Source: Candidatus Aminicenantes bacterium
Lineage (GTDB): Archaea; Nanobdellota; Nanobdellia; Woesearchaeales; JAFCCF01
Length of the DNA: 44,821 bases
Direction of reading: 5' to 3'
Assembly: GCA_017610325.1 (NCBI GenBank)
Contig: JAFCCF010000010.1
Location: 1-44,821, forward strand
The first letter of the stretch is position 1. Every line of letters starts with the position of its first letter. The notes beneath the pieces are model-generated. The model was not told the origin of the DNA, ran no database searches, and worked only from the letters and a program-made list of their open reading frames with translations. Positions 24,369 through 35,722 of the stretch are shown here, piece by piece. Position numbers and translations under genes: made by a program.

Positions 24369-25784
24369 TTATTTGGATATTGTTGGAATCTTTGCTTCCC
24401 TGTCAAAGCAGTATGTGCAAAAATCATCTTCTGTTATTGTCTGCTTTCCATTCCATTTAAGGTCTGCCTGTATTATAGCATCTAACAAGTCATCAACAGA
24501 ATTATACTTTAATGAATTTGCTCCAACTTCTTTGCACATCTTATCTTCCAGCGTACTTTCTGGATATTTTCGTGCAGCTAGCTCATCCTGGGATTTTGTT
24601 GACTTGTCACCAAAACAGGGCTGTACAAGCGGCGGGCATCCTACCCTTACATGGACCTCTCTTGCACCAGCTTCCATCAATGATTCCACTTTTTTCCTCA
24701 TCTGGGTTCCTCTGACAATTGAATCATCTTCAAGAAATATAATCTTATCTTTAATGGAACTAGGTATTAGGGTAAGTTTTTGCTGGGCTTCTCTGTCTCT
24801 CTCTTCCTGTGTTGGCAGTATATAACTTCTTCCTGAAAAGCCAAACTTATGGAAAACCTCACCATACTGGTGCCCGGAAATGCTATGATAGCCAAGCGCG
24901 TGCCCAACTCCAGATTGTGGGATTCCAGCAACAACAACATCTCTTCCATCCCTATTTCTATCTTTCTGGGCAAGCTTCTTTCCAATATACTCCCGCGCAA
25001 GGTGGACTGGTATGAGCTCAATTTTTGAATCAAAGCTTGCAGTATATCCCCATTCAAAAGCGCAGTGCTTTCTCTTACCGCTGTCAATCCTTCCCATGCT
25101 CTTTATTCCGTTTTTGTTAATCAGCAAAATCTCTCCAGGCTTTACATCAGTCATATCAATAATCTTTCCACTTAGTACCTGCATTGCCCTGTCTTCTGAA
25201 GCAGCAAAATATACTGTTTGTTTTCTATCTTTAAAGCTGCCATATGATAATGGTTTGACTCCCCATGGGTCTCTAAAAACATAAACTCCTTCTTTTGTTA
25301 GCATCACAGCTGATGTAGAACCAAGAATCTTTCCCTCAAGCATCTTATTCAAGTACCCTTTAATACCATCAACCGGGTTATTGCCTGAGGCAATCTCCTT
25401 TGCAAGAATCTCAATATCCTCTTTGGTATGGAAAGAACGCCCATTCTGGCGATAATCCTCTGCAATTTCATCCTGGTTGAATATTCTTCCATTAAGTGCA
25501 ATTGAAAAGTCAAAGTTGCCATAGCATGGTTCTATTGGAACTGATGTAACACTTGCACAACCTATTGCGAGGTTCATATCTTTCATGGTAAGCCTTAGGT
25601 CCTGCCTGTTCTTGTAGAATTCTTTTACCAAACCCTTTCCAGTTTCAGTGATTATATTATCACCTACTATTCCAGAAAGGCCATTCTTTGTAGTTCCCCT
25701 GTGCTGCTGGCTGAATGTACCAGTCTCTGTCCTGGACAGGCATTTATCTTGGCAATAAATCCCAAAGACTCCGCAATAGTCCAT
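24369..25784 (-). CDS. purF: Amidophosphoribosyltransferase (class II glutamine amidotransferase plus PRTase).
   Basis: An N-terminal nucleophile Cys lies in MDYCGVFGIY. The PRPP-binding loop is IFLEDDSIVRGTQMRKKVESLMEAGAREVHVRVGCPP, and GIPQSGVGHALGY is also present. The start is ambiguous: 25784 is preferred and the ORF maximum is 25832. Confidence 0.85.
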   Translation of the reverse strand: MDYCGVFGIYCQDKCLSRTETGTFSQQHRGTTKNGLSGIVGDNIITETGKGLVKEFYKNRQDLRLTMKDMNLAIGCASVTSVPIEPCYGNFDFSIALNGRIFNQDEIAEDYRQNGRSFHTKEDIEILAKEIASGNNPVDGIKGYLNKMLEGKILGSTSAVMLTKEGVYVFRDPWGVKPLSYGSFKDRKQTVYFAASEDRAMQVLSGKIIDMTDVKPGEILLINKNGIKSMGRIDSGKRKHCAFEWGYTASFDSKIELIPVHLAREYIGKKLAQKDRNRDGRDVVVAGIPQSGVGHALGYHSISGHQYGEVFHKFGFSGRSYILPTQEERDREAQQKLTLIPSSIKDKIIFLEDDSIVRGTQMRKKVESLMEAGAREVHVRVGCPPLVQPCFGDKSTKSQDELAARKYPESTLEDKMCKEVGANSLKYNSVDDLLDAIIQADLKWNGKQTITEDDFCTYCFDREAKIPTISK

Positions 25785-25881
25785 TGGCTTTTGGTTCTCG
25801 CCCCCCATAGAAAAAATAAAGAACCACCCCATTAAAATAAATTTCTATTCTGGAGTAGTTAGTTCCCGTAAATATTCGGGC

Positions 25882-26826
25882 TCAACTATAAACAGTCCTT
25901 GCAATGTAATGGCAGCAGAAGACCATGTCCTTTAGCTTCTCAATTGTTGTTCCTATCCACTCTACCCTTAGATGTGCCTTATGGAAATTTGTGCAGTCCA
26001 TCACAAGCACCTCTCTATTCTCAGATATCTTAAGCGCAAATTCAGTATCATTTGTGTAATATGCCTTCATTGCATCCTTGTACGTGCTAGCCATCCTAAG
26101 GTGTAGCCTCCTTAGTTCCTCAATATCTTTCTTGGAAAGCTTTAGACGATTGTAAAGTTTTACAACCCTCTTGCAATCATCAGCAATCTTTTCGATAAAT
26201 GAAGCAACAGTCTGTACATTCATCAGGTCATATGGCTTGTAGTTCTGGTTGCTGGCTTGGTTCGGATGTTCAAGCAAATATCTTACAGCCCTGTACACCA
26301 AAAAACTCAGCCTGTTAACATCCTCGTCCCTCTCATGGATAATCTGTCTTTTGTCAACCTCAAATGCATCTGAACATTCTTGTATCATTGCTCTTGTGAT
26401 TATATCCATTCTCCTTATCAGATCCTTGATAGATATATCCTTCATGTTAATGAAGTCCTTTGCAACAATCTTATCTGCAGTCTCCTCAAGCACCTCTAGA
26501 GCCATTACATTATGAATTATGTCCTTTATCTCTCTTGACTTTGTTTCAAGATCCTTGCCTTTTATAATTATCTTGTTAAAGTTCTTGATATAAGCTGGAA
26601 TAATATTTCTCTTAATCCATTTCATGTTCTTATCAGAAATATCAATGGTTATTTGTCTTGTCTCATCCCGGTCTGATTTTTCTCGGGGGTATAGGATTAT
26701 CTTGTCAGGCTTCTCATCAAGATACACCAAGTCTCCCTTGTTAAGTTTATTTTTTGTGACCCAAGCCTTTGGTAAAGAAACAATATAAGAGCTCTTGCCA
26801 AAGTTAATTAACTTTCTGAATTCCAT
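25882..26826 (-). CDS. phoU: Archaeal PhoU-like phosphate uptake regulator with an N-terminal AbrB/SpoVT domain.
   Basis: MEFRKLINFGKSSYIVSLPKAWVTKNKLNKGDLVYL is a typical SpoVT/AbrB swapped-hairpin motif, followed by helical PhoU-like repeats. The ATG at 26826 is preceded by GGGGG with an 8-nt spacer. Confidence 0.7.
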   Translation of the reverse strand: MEFRKLINFGKSSYIVSLPKAWVTKNKLNKGDLVYLDEKPDKIILYPREKSDRDETRQITIDISDKNMKWIKRNIIPAYIKNFNKIIIKGKDLETKSREIKDIIHNVMALEVLEETADKIVAKDFINMKDISIKDLIRRMDIITRAMIQECSDAFEVDKRQIIHERDEDVNRLSFLVYRAVRYLLEHPNQASNQNYKPYDLMNVQTVASFIEKIADDCKRVVKLYNRLKLSKKDIEELRRLHLRMASTYKDAMKAYYTNDTEFALKISENREVLVMDCTNFHKAHLRVEWIGTTIEKLKDMVFCCHYIARTVYS

Positions 26827-26949
26827 GTGACTAACCCCCACCGAATATAATTTAATTAAGCATATGTTTTCTATATGCTATATATGGTATATGGGAAAAT
26901 TATATATATATATAAACCTTTCTATTAAAATATAGGGGGGATTAATAAG

Positions 26950-27102
26950 ATGAAAACTAAATGGGTGGATTTAGAAAGGGAGTTTGAATATGATGACGAC
27001 AGTATCTACTCAGAATATGTTCGTGAGTCCTTGATAGAGGACGACGAAATCTCAGCTGAAGAAGATGGGTTTATGAGGGGCTGGGACGACGCATTAGGAT
27101 AA
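26950..27102 (+). CDS. Small acidic protein (50 aa), below the length cutoff of the ORF track.
   Basis: The ATG is preceded by GGGGGG with a 9-nt spacer and an upstream (TA)n/TATA-like tract. My translation is MKTKWVDLEREFEYDDDSIYSEYVRESLIEDDEISAEEDGFMRGWDDALG. Confidence 0.35.
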   Translation: MKTKWVDLEREFEYDDDSIYSEYVRESLIEDDEISAEEDGFMRGWDDALG

Positions 27103-27339
27103 ACAAGATAACACAAAAAACTGTCAAAAAAACATGTTCTTAGGGGGCGTTATTTGCCGCTATTTCGCATGAATTCTGGGGCTTGAGATTGCCAAATTCT
27201 TATAGTACAGCCCTTGTACCACTATTATACAAACGAAAGATATATAAACAAATACCTATTATTCATTTATATATATCATATATTTTTCTCGTCGAGAAAT
27301 TAACGCAAAAAACAACAAAATTCCTGGCTGGAATTTTGA

Positions 27340-30561
<3,222 letters not shown>

Positions 30562-30622
30562 TTCTCGTGAAAAACAATAAAGCTTATAAATAAACAATTA
30601 ATCTTGCTTAAATACTTATAAA

Positions 30623-31477
30623 ATGGCAGAGAAAAAAGTTGTTAAGGCAGAGTCTAAGAAAAGGAAAAAGCGCTGGTTTAAGATAGTTGCTTCAAAGCAG
30701 TTTAATCATTGCGAAATAGGGGAGACCCAGGTATACACTTCTGATGAGGTTATTGGGAAAACAGCTAAAGTAAACCTGACAAATCTTACGAATGATATGA
30801 AGAAGCAGCACGTGAATGTCACATTTAAGGTTAACCAAGTCAAGGATGGTGTTGGCTACACAGAATTGATTTCATATAAAATTATGCCAACCCATATTAA
30901 GAGGATTATAAGGAGAAACACAGAAAAATTGGATGATTCTCTGGTCCTTCGCACAAAGGATAATGTATTAGTGAGGATAAAACCATTGCTTGTTACAAGG
31001 GGAAAGGTCAAGGGCTCAGTTGTAGCAGTCATCAGGCGAAAGGCAAGGGCTTTCCTGAACCATCATGTTAAAAAATCAAGTTATGAATTGCTCATCAATG
31101 ATATTATCACTTCAAGGCTTCAGTCTGGGATGTACAGATTCCTAAAAAAAGTGTATCCAATTAAGACCAGTGAGATTAGGTCAATAAGTATTGAGAAAGA
31201 AAAGACATCAGTGGCAGAGCTTGGGGATAAGAAAGCAAAAAAAGAGATGCCAGAGCCAGAGAAAAAAGAAGAGAAGCAGGAAGAAAAACCAGAGAAACCC
31301 AAAGAAAAGAAAGAAGAAGCGAAAAAGCCAGAGCCAGAGAAAAAAGAAGAGAAGAAAGAAGAAACACGAAAAGAGCAAAGCTCTTTTGTGTCCCAGAAAC
31401 CAAAAGTTTCTGTGAAGCCAGCAGAAGAGAAGAAAGCAGAGCCAAAGCAAGATAAGAAAAACAATAAGTCAGATTAA
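30623..31477 (+). CDS. rps3ae: 30S ribosomal protein S3Ae (eS1) with a C-terminal Lys/Glu-rich extension of about 85 aa.
   Basis: KKRKKRWFKIVASKQF...VNLTNLTNDMKKQHVNVTFKV...RIKPLLVT is typical of S3Ae. The tail starts near 31190. Confidence 0.85.
   Translation: MAEKKVVKAESKKRKKRWFKIVASKQFNHCEIGETQVYTSDEVIGKTAKVNLTNLTNDMKKQHVNVTFKVNQVKDGVGYTELISYKIMPTHIKRIIRRNTEKLDDSLVLRTKDNVLVRIKPLLVTRGKVKGSVVAVIRRKARAFLNHHVKKSSYELLINDIITSRLQSGMYRFLKKVYPIKTSEIRSISIEKEKTSVAELGDKKAKKEMPEPEKKEEKQEEKPEKPKEKKEEAKKPEPEKKEEKKEETRKEQSSFVSQKPKVSVKPAEEKKAEPKQDKKNNKSD
31360..31426 (+). repeat. Copy 1 of a perfect 67-nt direct repeat, inside the S3Ae tail.
   Basis: It is identical base-for-base to 40148-40214 (offset 8788 nt). 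It contains two hairpins: ACAC-g-AAAAGAGC/aaa/GCTCTTTT-GTGT and CAGAAAC/caaaa/GTTTCTG. Confidence 0.9.
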
Positions 31478-31521
31478 TTCTAACAAAAACTATATATATA
31501 TCCTGTGTTTTAATTGTGGTT

Positions 31522-32589
31522 ATGAACCTGGGTGAGATTATAAGTACAATTACGGGAAATAAATGGTTGTATGCAGCTGTCATTCTAGTTGGATTCTTTT
31601 TATTAGCTCGTTTTCTTATCTATGTGTTCAAAGAAGTCTTCCTAAAGTTTGCCAAAAAAACAAAGACTACTCTTGATGATAACCTTATCAAAGCAGCAAT
31701 GAGGCCTTTGTCACTTATACTTATTCTGATTGGCATGAAGCTTGCATTAATCCCCCTTGGGTTTATTGAGAATTTCCATGGTTTTTTTACGCATATTATC
31801 CAAAGCTTCATAATCGTTGTTGCTACCATGCTTGTTATCAGGGTAATTGACGTGCTGATAATCCACTGGGGCGAGAACTGGGCTGAGAAAACCAGAGCTA
31901 AAATAGACAACCAGCTCGTGCACATCATCAGCCGTTTTTCAAGGGTGTTTTTTGCACTGCTTGGCCTGCTTTTCATACTTGATGCTTGGGGTGTTAAGAT
32001 TATGCCACTGCTTGCAAGCCTTGGCATAGCAGGCATTGCAATTGCATTTGCACTGCAGTCCACACTATCCAATATTTTTGGTGGCGTTTCTCTTATAGTT
32101 GACAAGTCCGTTAGGGTTGGAGATGTTATTAAGCTGGATGCAGATACAAAAGGCACTGTGCTTGATGTTGGCCTTAGAAGCACAAAAATAAGGACATTTG
32201 ACAATGAGGTTATTATTGTACCCAATGGGAAGCTTGCTGACTCAAAGATACAGAATTATGCGCCTCCTGACCCTTCAGTCAGGGTCGTGGTTCCATTCAG
32301 CGTAGCATATGGCTCTGATGTTGAGAAGGTTAAGAAGACTGTCCTAACTATCCCTAAAAAGATAAACGGCTTTATGAAGGATCCTGAGCCATTTGTGATT
32401 TTTAGGGAAATGGGCAATTCATCCCTTGATTTTAAGCTCTATTTCTGGGTAGATTCCTATAAGAAGAGGTTTAGGGGCAAGGATATGGCTAACACAGAGA
32501 TATACAACTACCTCAACAAAGCAAAAATAACAATACCATTCCCACAAATGGATGTATGGATAAAAGAACATAAAAAGAAAGGTAAGTAA
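31522..32589 (+). CDS. mscS: Small-conductance mechanosensitive channel (MscS family).
   Basis: LGIAGIAIAFALQSTLSNIFGGVSLIVDKSVRVGDVIKLD...GTVLDVGLRSTKIRTFDNEVIIVPNGKL is the MscS pore-helix/beta-domain signature. There are 3-4 N-terminal TM helices. An alternative GTG start lies at 31516. Confidence 0.85.
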   Translation: MNLGEIISTITGNKWLYAAVILVGFFLLARFLIYVFKEVFLKFAKKTKTTLDDNLIKAAMRPLSLILILIGMKLALIPLGFIENFHGFFTHIIQSFIIVVATMLVIRVIDVLIIHWGENWAEKTRAKIDNQLVHIISRFSRVFFALLGLLFILDAWGVKIMPLLASLGIAGIAIAFALQSTLSNIFGGVSLIVDKSVRVGDVIKLDADTKGTVLDVGLRSTKIRTFDNEVIIVPNGKLADSKIQNYAPPDPSVRVVVPFSVAYGSDVEKVKKTVLTIPKKINGFMKDPEPFVIFREMGNSSLDFKLYFWVDSYKKRFRGKDMANTEIYNYLNKAKITIPFPQMDVWIKEHKKKGK

Positions 32590-32602
32590 AAAGAAAAAAT
32601 AG

Positions 32603-33076
32603 TTACTTCTTCAAGCAAGCGCAAAGCTTATATCCTTTATTCAGAGCTGTTGCTTTTGAGCGAAAGATAACCTTGTGTTTTGGCAGTATATTCTTTGCAA
32701 ATGGACAGTGCATATCATGCACAACATTGCCTTCTTTAGTAGCAACAAAAACCTTTTTTGCCCTTGCATGAACAGTCTTGACAACCACTTTGGGCTTTGA
32801 CTTAACTGTCTTGACAATCACTTTAGGCTTTGACTTAATTCTCTTGACAACCACTTTGGGCTTTGACTTAACTGTCTTGACAATAACCTTAGGCTTTGAC
32901 TTGACTGTCTTGACAATTGTCTTTGGCTTAACCTGTATCTTCTTTCTTAAGTCATCAACATGCTCCATTATTCTCTCCTGTGCTTGAGCGATGTCTGCAA
33001 TCTTATTCTGCATCTTGATTATATCATTCTTGCATCTTCGGAAAGACTCAACAACTTTTAATTCCACATCATTCAT
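32603..33076 (-). CDS. Coiled-coil protein with Lys-rich 11-aa tandem repeats and a C-terminal Ada-like Zn-binding domain.
   Basis: The C-terminus VVHDMHCPFAKNILPKHKVIFRSKATALNKGYKLCACL fits the Ada_Zn_binding pattern (H-x3-C-x-x-A-x-x-I ... F-x-S ... A-x-x-x-G-Y-x-x-C-x-x-C). The ATG at 33076 is preceded by GGGGG with an 8-nt spacer. Confidence 0.55.
   Translation of the reverse strand: MNDVELKVVESFRRCKNDIIKMQNKIADIAQAQERIMEHVDDLRKKIQVKPKTIVKTVKSKPKVIVKTVKSKPKVVVKRIKSKPKVIVKTVKSKPKVVVKTVHARAKKVFVATKEGNVVHDMHCPFAKNILPKHKVIFRSKATALNKGYKLCACLKK
32775..32935 (-). repeat. 33-nt tandem repeat, about 4.8 copies, in-frame, encoding (KTVKSKPKV[IV]V)n.
   Basis: Units lie at 32775-32807, 32808-32840, 32841-32873 and 32874-32906, plus a degenerate fifth unit. 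Units 1 and 3 differ only at their first base. Confidence 0.9.
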
Positions 33077-33127
33077 TTTAGATTCCCCCAATATGAGTTT
33101 ATAATGATTGTGATGAATATATACTAT

Positions 33128-33997
33128 TTAAACCTTTCGGTTTGTAACGTCTGGGGAGTGGTGAATTCTACCCCTTACTTTACTATACGTATCAATCAGC
33201 AGGTTTAAATAGCTCTTTGTCTTGACTATCTTGATTATCTCATACATTGTTATGTCCTCTCCTGTACCTAAGTTACGCTTCTGTGGTGTTTTTTCAATGC
33301 AAAACCCCTTATTCTTGAAAAATCTAAGGGCATTGTTAAGATTAAGTGTTACTCCATGTAACAATGGAATGTCATGCTTTTCACATCTTTCCTCTATTTG
33401 TTTAAAAATCTGCGTTCCAAGGTGCAACTCAGGGTTATTCTGATAATATGGGTGAATGTAAATTGACTTAGCTTCCCAGTGCGGCATATCCCTCTTCAGA
33501 GTGTTCCAATAACTTAGGAACCCAACTGCAACTGGTTTGTCCTCATCAAAATAAACTATTCCACAGCCTCTCCTGAACAAGTCAGATATATTCTCTTCTT
33601 TGAATTCCATCACCTTCATTGTCTCTTCATTGTAGGGCTTCTGAGAACTACTGTTGGCATGATATTCTGTTGTATTACACAGCCCAACAATCTTCTCAAT
33701 AAGGTCTTTTTCGTCAATCAAAGAGCTGTGCTGCCCAATAGTATCTAGTACATCTCCCTCAATTTTTCTTAGTTGCCCAAATGCTTTTTTAGGGTCTACA
33801 AACCTGGAAATAGGATAACTCTTGAAGCCTTTTGCAATTTCATCTACTCCTATAAGTCCCTTAATAATGCGCTCGAATAACTGGTCTTTTCTGCCAAACA
33901 TTGCAAAATTGCTCAGGACAGGGTATTGAGAAAAATCAAATTCCTGAAATGTTTTCATTATCTTCCCAATATTGTCATAGATTCTTAGCTCAGCCAT
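33128..33997 (-). CDS. GNAT-family N-acetyltransferase with an N-terminal domain of unknown function.
   Basis: The C-terminal half IYIHPYYQNNPELHLGTQIFKQIEERCEKHDIPLLHGVTLNLNNALRFFKNKGF resembles GNAT motifs A and B. The ATG at 33997 is preferred because the ORF track start at 34003 is TTG. Confidence 0.5.
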   Translation of the reverse strand: MAELRIYDNIGKIMKTFQEFDFSQYPVLSNFAMFGRKDQLFERIIKGLIGVDEIAKGFKSYPISRFVDPKKAFGQLRKIEGDVLDTIGQHSSLIDEKDLIEKIVGLCNTTEYHANSSSQKPYNEETMKVMEFKEENISDLFRRGCGIVYFDEDKPVAVGFLSYWNTLKRDMPHWEAKSIYIHPYYQNNPELHLGTQIFKQIEERCEKHDIPLLHGVTLNLNNALRFFKNKGFCIEKTPQKRNLGTGEDITMYEIIKIVKTKSYLNLLIDTYSKVRGRIHHSPDVTNRKV

Positions 33998-34109
33998 AAG
34001 CAAGAGATTGTTGCCCTCATATATAAACTTTTTGGGATTTATCCACTTTATAGTAATAAATCCTGGGGGGATAACTATAAATATCAGGGTGCTGCTTTAT
34101 TTCCTTACA

Positions 34110-34778
34110 ATGAAACTACCAATAATTATCGTGAACTTCAAGACTTATGAGACTGCTATTGGCAAGGAAGCTGTTAAGCTTGCCAAGTTGTGCGACGAGG
34201 TTGCTTCTGAGACTGGAAAGAGCATTGCAGTTGCTGTCCAGGCAGCTGACATAAAAGCTGTTGCTGACGCTGTTTCTATTCCAGTGCTTGCACAGCACAT
34301 TGATGCAGTTGGCTTTGGCTCTAACACAGGTCATATACTTCCCGAGGCAGTAAAAGAAGCAGGAGCTGTTGGAACACTGCTTAACCATTCAGAGCATCAA
34401 TTGCACATCAAGATGATTGCAGGCGGCATTGATAGGGCAAGACAGGTTGGTCTTAAGACAATAGTTTGCGCTAACACAGCTGACAAGGCAGCAGAGGTTG
34501 CAGAGCTGGATCCAGATATGGTTGCAGTTGAGCCTCCAGAGCTGATTGGAGGAGATATTTCAGTTTCCACAGCAAAGCCTGAGATAATCAAAAATACTGT
34601 AGAAAAGGTAGAGCAAGTTGCAGACATCCCTGTTCTATGCGGAGCAGGTGTTAAGACCGGAGATGACATCAAGAAGTCAATAGAGCTGGGTGCAAAAGGG
34701 GTACTCTTAGCAAGCGGCATTACCAAGGCAGAGGAGCCCAAAAAGGTCCTTTTAGACATGGCAAAGAGCTTAGAATAG
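34110..34778 (+). CDS. tpiA: Triosephosphate isomerase, short archaeal type (222 aa).
   Basis: MKLPIIIVNFKTYE, LLNHSEH, AVEPPELIGG, VLCGAGV and VLLASG are the conserved archaeal TIM blocks. The ORF track's upstream extension from 34008 is not supported by homology-type motifs. Confidence 0.85.
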   Translation: MKLPIIIVNFKTYETAIGKEAVKLAKLCDEVASETGKSIAVAVQAADIKAVADAVSIPVLAQHIDAVGFGSNTGHILPEAVKEAGAVGTLLNHSEHQLHIKMIAGGIDRARQVGLKTIVCANTADKAAEVAELDPDMVAVEPPELIGGDISVSTAKPEIIKNTVEKVEQVADIPVLCGAGVKTGDDIKKSIELGAKGVLLASGITKAEEPKKVLLDMAKSLE

Positions 34779-34874
34779 AGTTCTCTTATTAGTCCATAAT
34801 TGATGGTAACAAAGGTTTATATACTAGTACTGTACCTTGAGGCTTAATATCGGCTATCTGAAAGAAATTATCTT

Positions 34875-34915
34875 CCCATGTCAAAAGTAACGACGGCATG
34901 GGATTTTTTATTTTT
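34875..34915 (+). terminator. Hairpin CCCATG-(16 nt)-CATGGG followed by A-T6-A-T5. Candidate transcription terminator downstream of tpiA.
   Basis: The stem and the oligo-T tracts were read directly. Oligo-T is the usual archaeal termination signal. Confidence 0.4.
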
Positions 34916-34969
34916 ATATTGGTTCTAGATTAAGTTATATTTTGGCTAGATGCTACCCCTCCGCAAGTG

Positions 34970-35069
34970 GTTGCTGCAGATTCATTATTCCCACTGTTGC
35001 ACATCTCTGGAAATTTTGCTCCCCTCGCTTATTGCGGGGAGACAAAATTTTCTGAATAATGCAGCAACA
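34970..35069. other. About 100-nt imperfect long hairpin between convergent genes. Possible structured RNA or bidirectional terminator.
   Basis: GTTGCTGCA (34970-78) pairs with TGCAGCAAC (35061-69). TTATTC pairs with GAATAA. GAAATTTTG-CTCCCC pairs with GGGGAG-ACAAAATTTTC around an apical loop of about 11 nt. Confidence 0.3.
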
Positions 35070-35137
35070 GAGCACAGTAATATTATAGTTACAAGCTAAG
35101 CGGTGACTGGGATTAAGAATAATTATAGCTGCAAACC

Positions 35138-35722
35138 TTACGTGATTTCAACATATATCTTATGTATTCTGCCATATAAATCACTAAACCCAGAGCCACT
35201 GCACTCTGGGTCATTATTGTTTGGGCCATTATAGCAGACATTCACATTAAACACATAAGTTCCCTTGAGGGCATGTGGATCAAAATCAAGCACAATCCCA
35301 AAAATTTTCCTCTCAGTGTTCTTTATCTCCCTTGTATCTACAATATTATCGTTTATGTCCAATCCTTTAACCAACATTCCGCATGACCCCGGGTTCCCTG
35401 CCTGGTCAATGTATGCATCACACTCCGCTAAAATATAGAAATCCTTATCAGTTCCAACCACATTTGTAACTCCCAGTCCAAAGACCAGAAGGTCACCTGC
35501 TGAAGCCTCTTCCCTGTTCATTGGAAGAACAACACGCTCTCCAGAATTCATGAGCAGGCTCTCAATCTCGTTCTTAATCCTATCATCCAAAAATGTGGTC
35601 TGGTCATGCGTCTTGTCAAGCACGTCCATAAACAATGCAAGTCCAAGAACAAGTATTACAATGGATATGATGACAACAACAAGGAAGTTTGCTGATAACT
35701 CAATCGTTGCTCTCTTTTTCAT
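35138..35722 (-). CDS. Archaeal type IV pilin-like protein (194 aa) with a class III signal peptide.
   Basis: The N-terminus is MKKRATIELSANFLVVVIISIVILVLGLALF, that is KRA followed by a hydrophobic helix. ATGA overlap with the upstream gene. Confidence 0.65.
   Translation of the reverse strand: MKKRATIELSANFLVVVIISIVILVLGLALFMDVLDKTHDQTTFLDDRIKNEIESLLMNSGERVVLPMNREEASAGDLLVFGLGVTNVVGTDKDFYILAECDAYIDQAGNPGSCGMLVKGLDINDNIVDTREIKNTERKIFGIVLDFDPHALKGTYVFNVNVCYNGPNNNDPECSGSGFSDLYGRIHKIYVEIT

Noticed and set aside
24369-25832. purF standing alone without neighbouring purine-biosynthesis genes, considered as an anomaly for a reduced genome.
   Set aside because: This cannot be evaluated from one window. 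Pur genes are often dispersed in archaea, and the catalytic motifs look intact.
31176-31583. Several overlapping ORFs on both strands across the S3Ae tail (31120..31464, 31176..31583, 31191..31415, 31208..31450), and the analogous set at 40069..40302.
   Set aside because: They are artefacts of the purine-rich, stop-poor low-complexity tail. Only the frame continuous with the conserved r-protein core is credible.
32775-32935. Possible CRISPR-like array, because of regularly spaced repeats of about 33 nt.
   Set aside because: The units are contiguous with no spacers, lie in-frame within a CDS and encode an 11-aa peptide repeat. This is a coding tandem repeat, not a CRISPR array.
34008-34109. 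A 34-aa extension of tpiA in the ORF track.
   Set aside because: Archaeal TIM begins at the MKLPIIIVNFKTY block. The extension would overlap the divergent promoter region shared with the GNAT gene.
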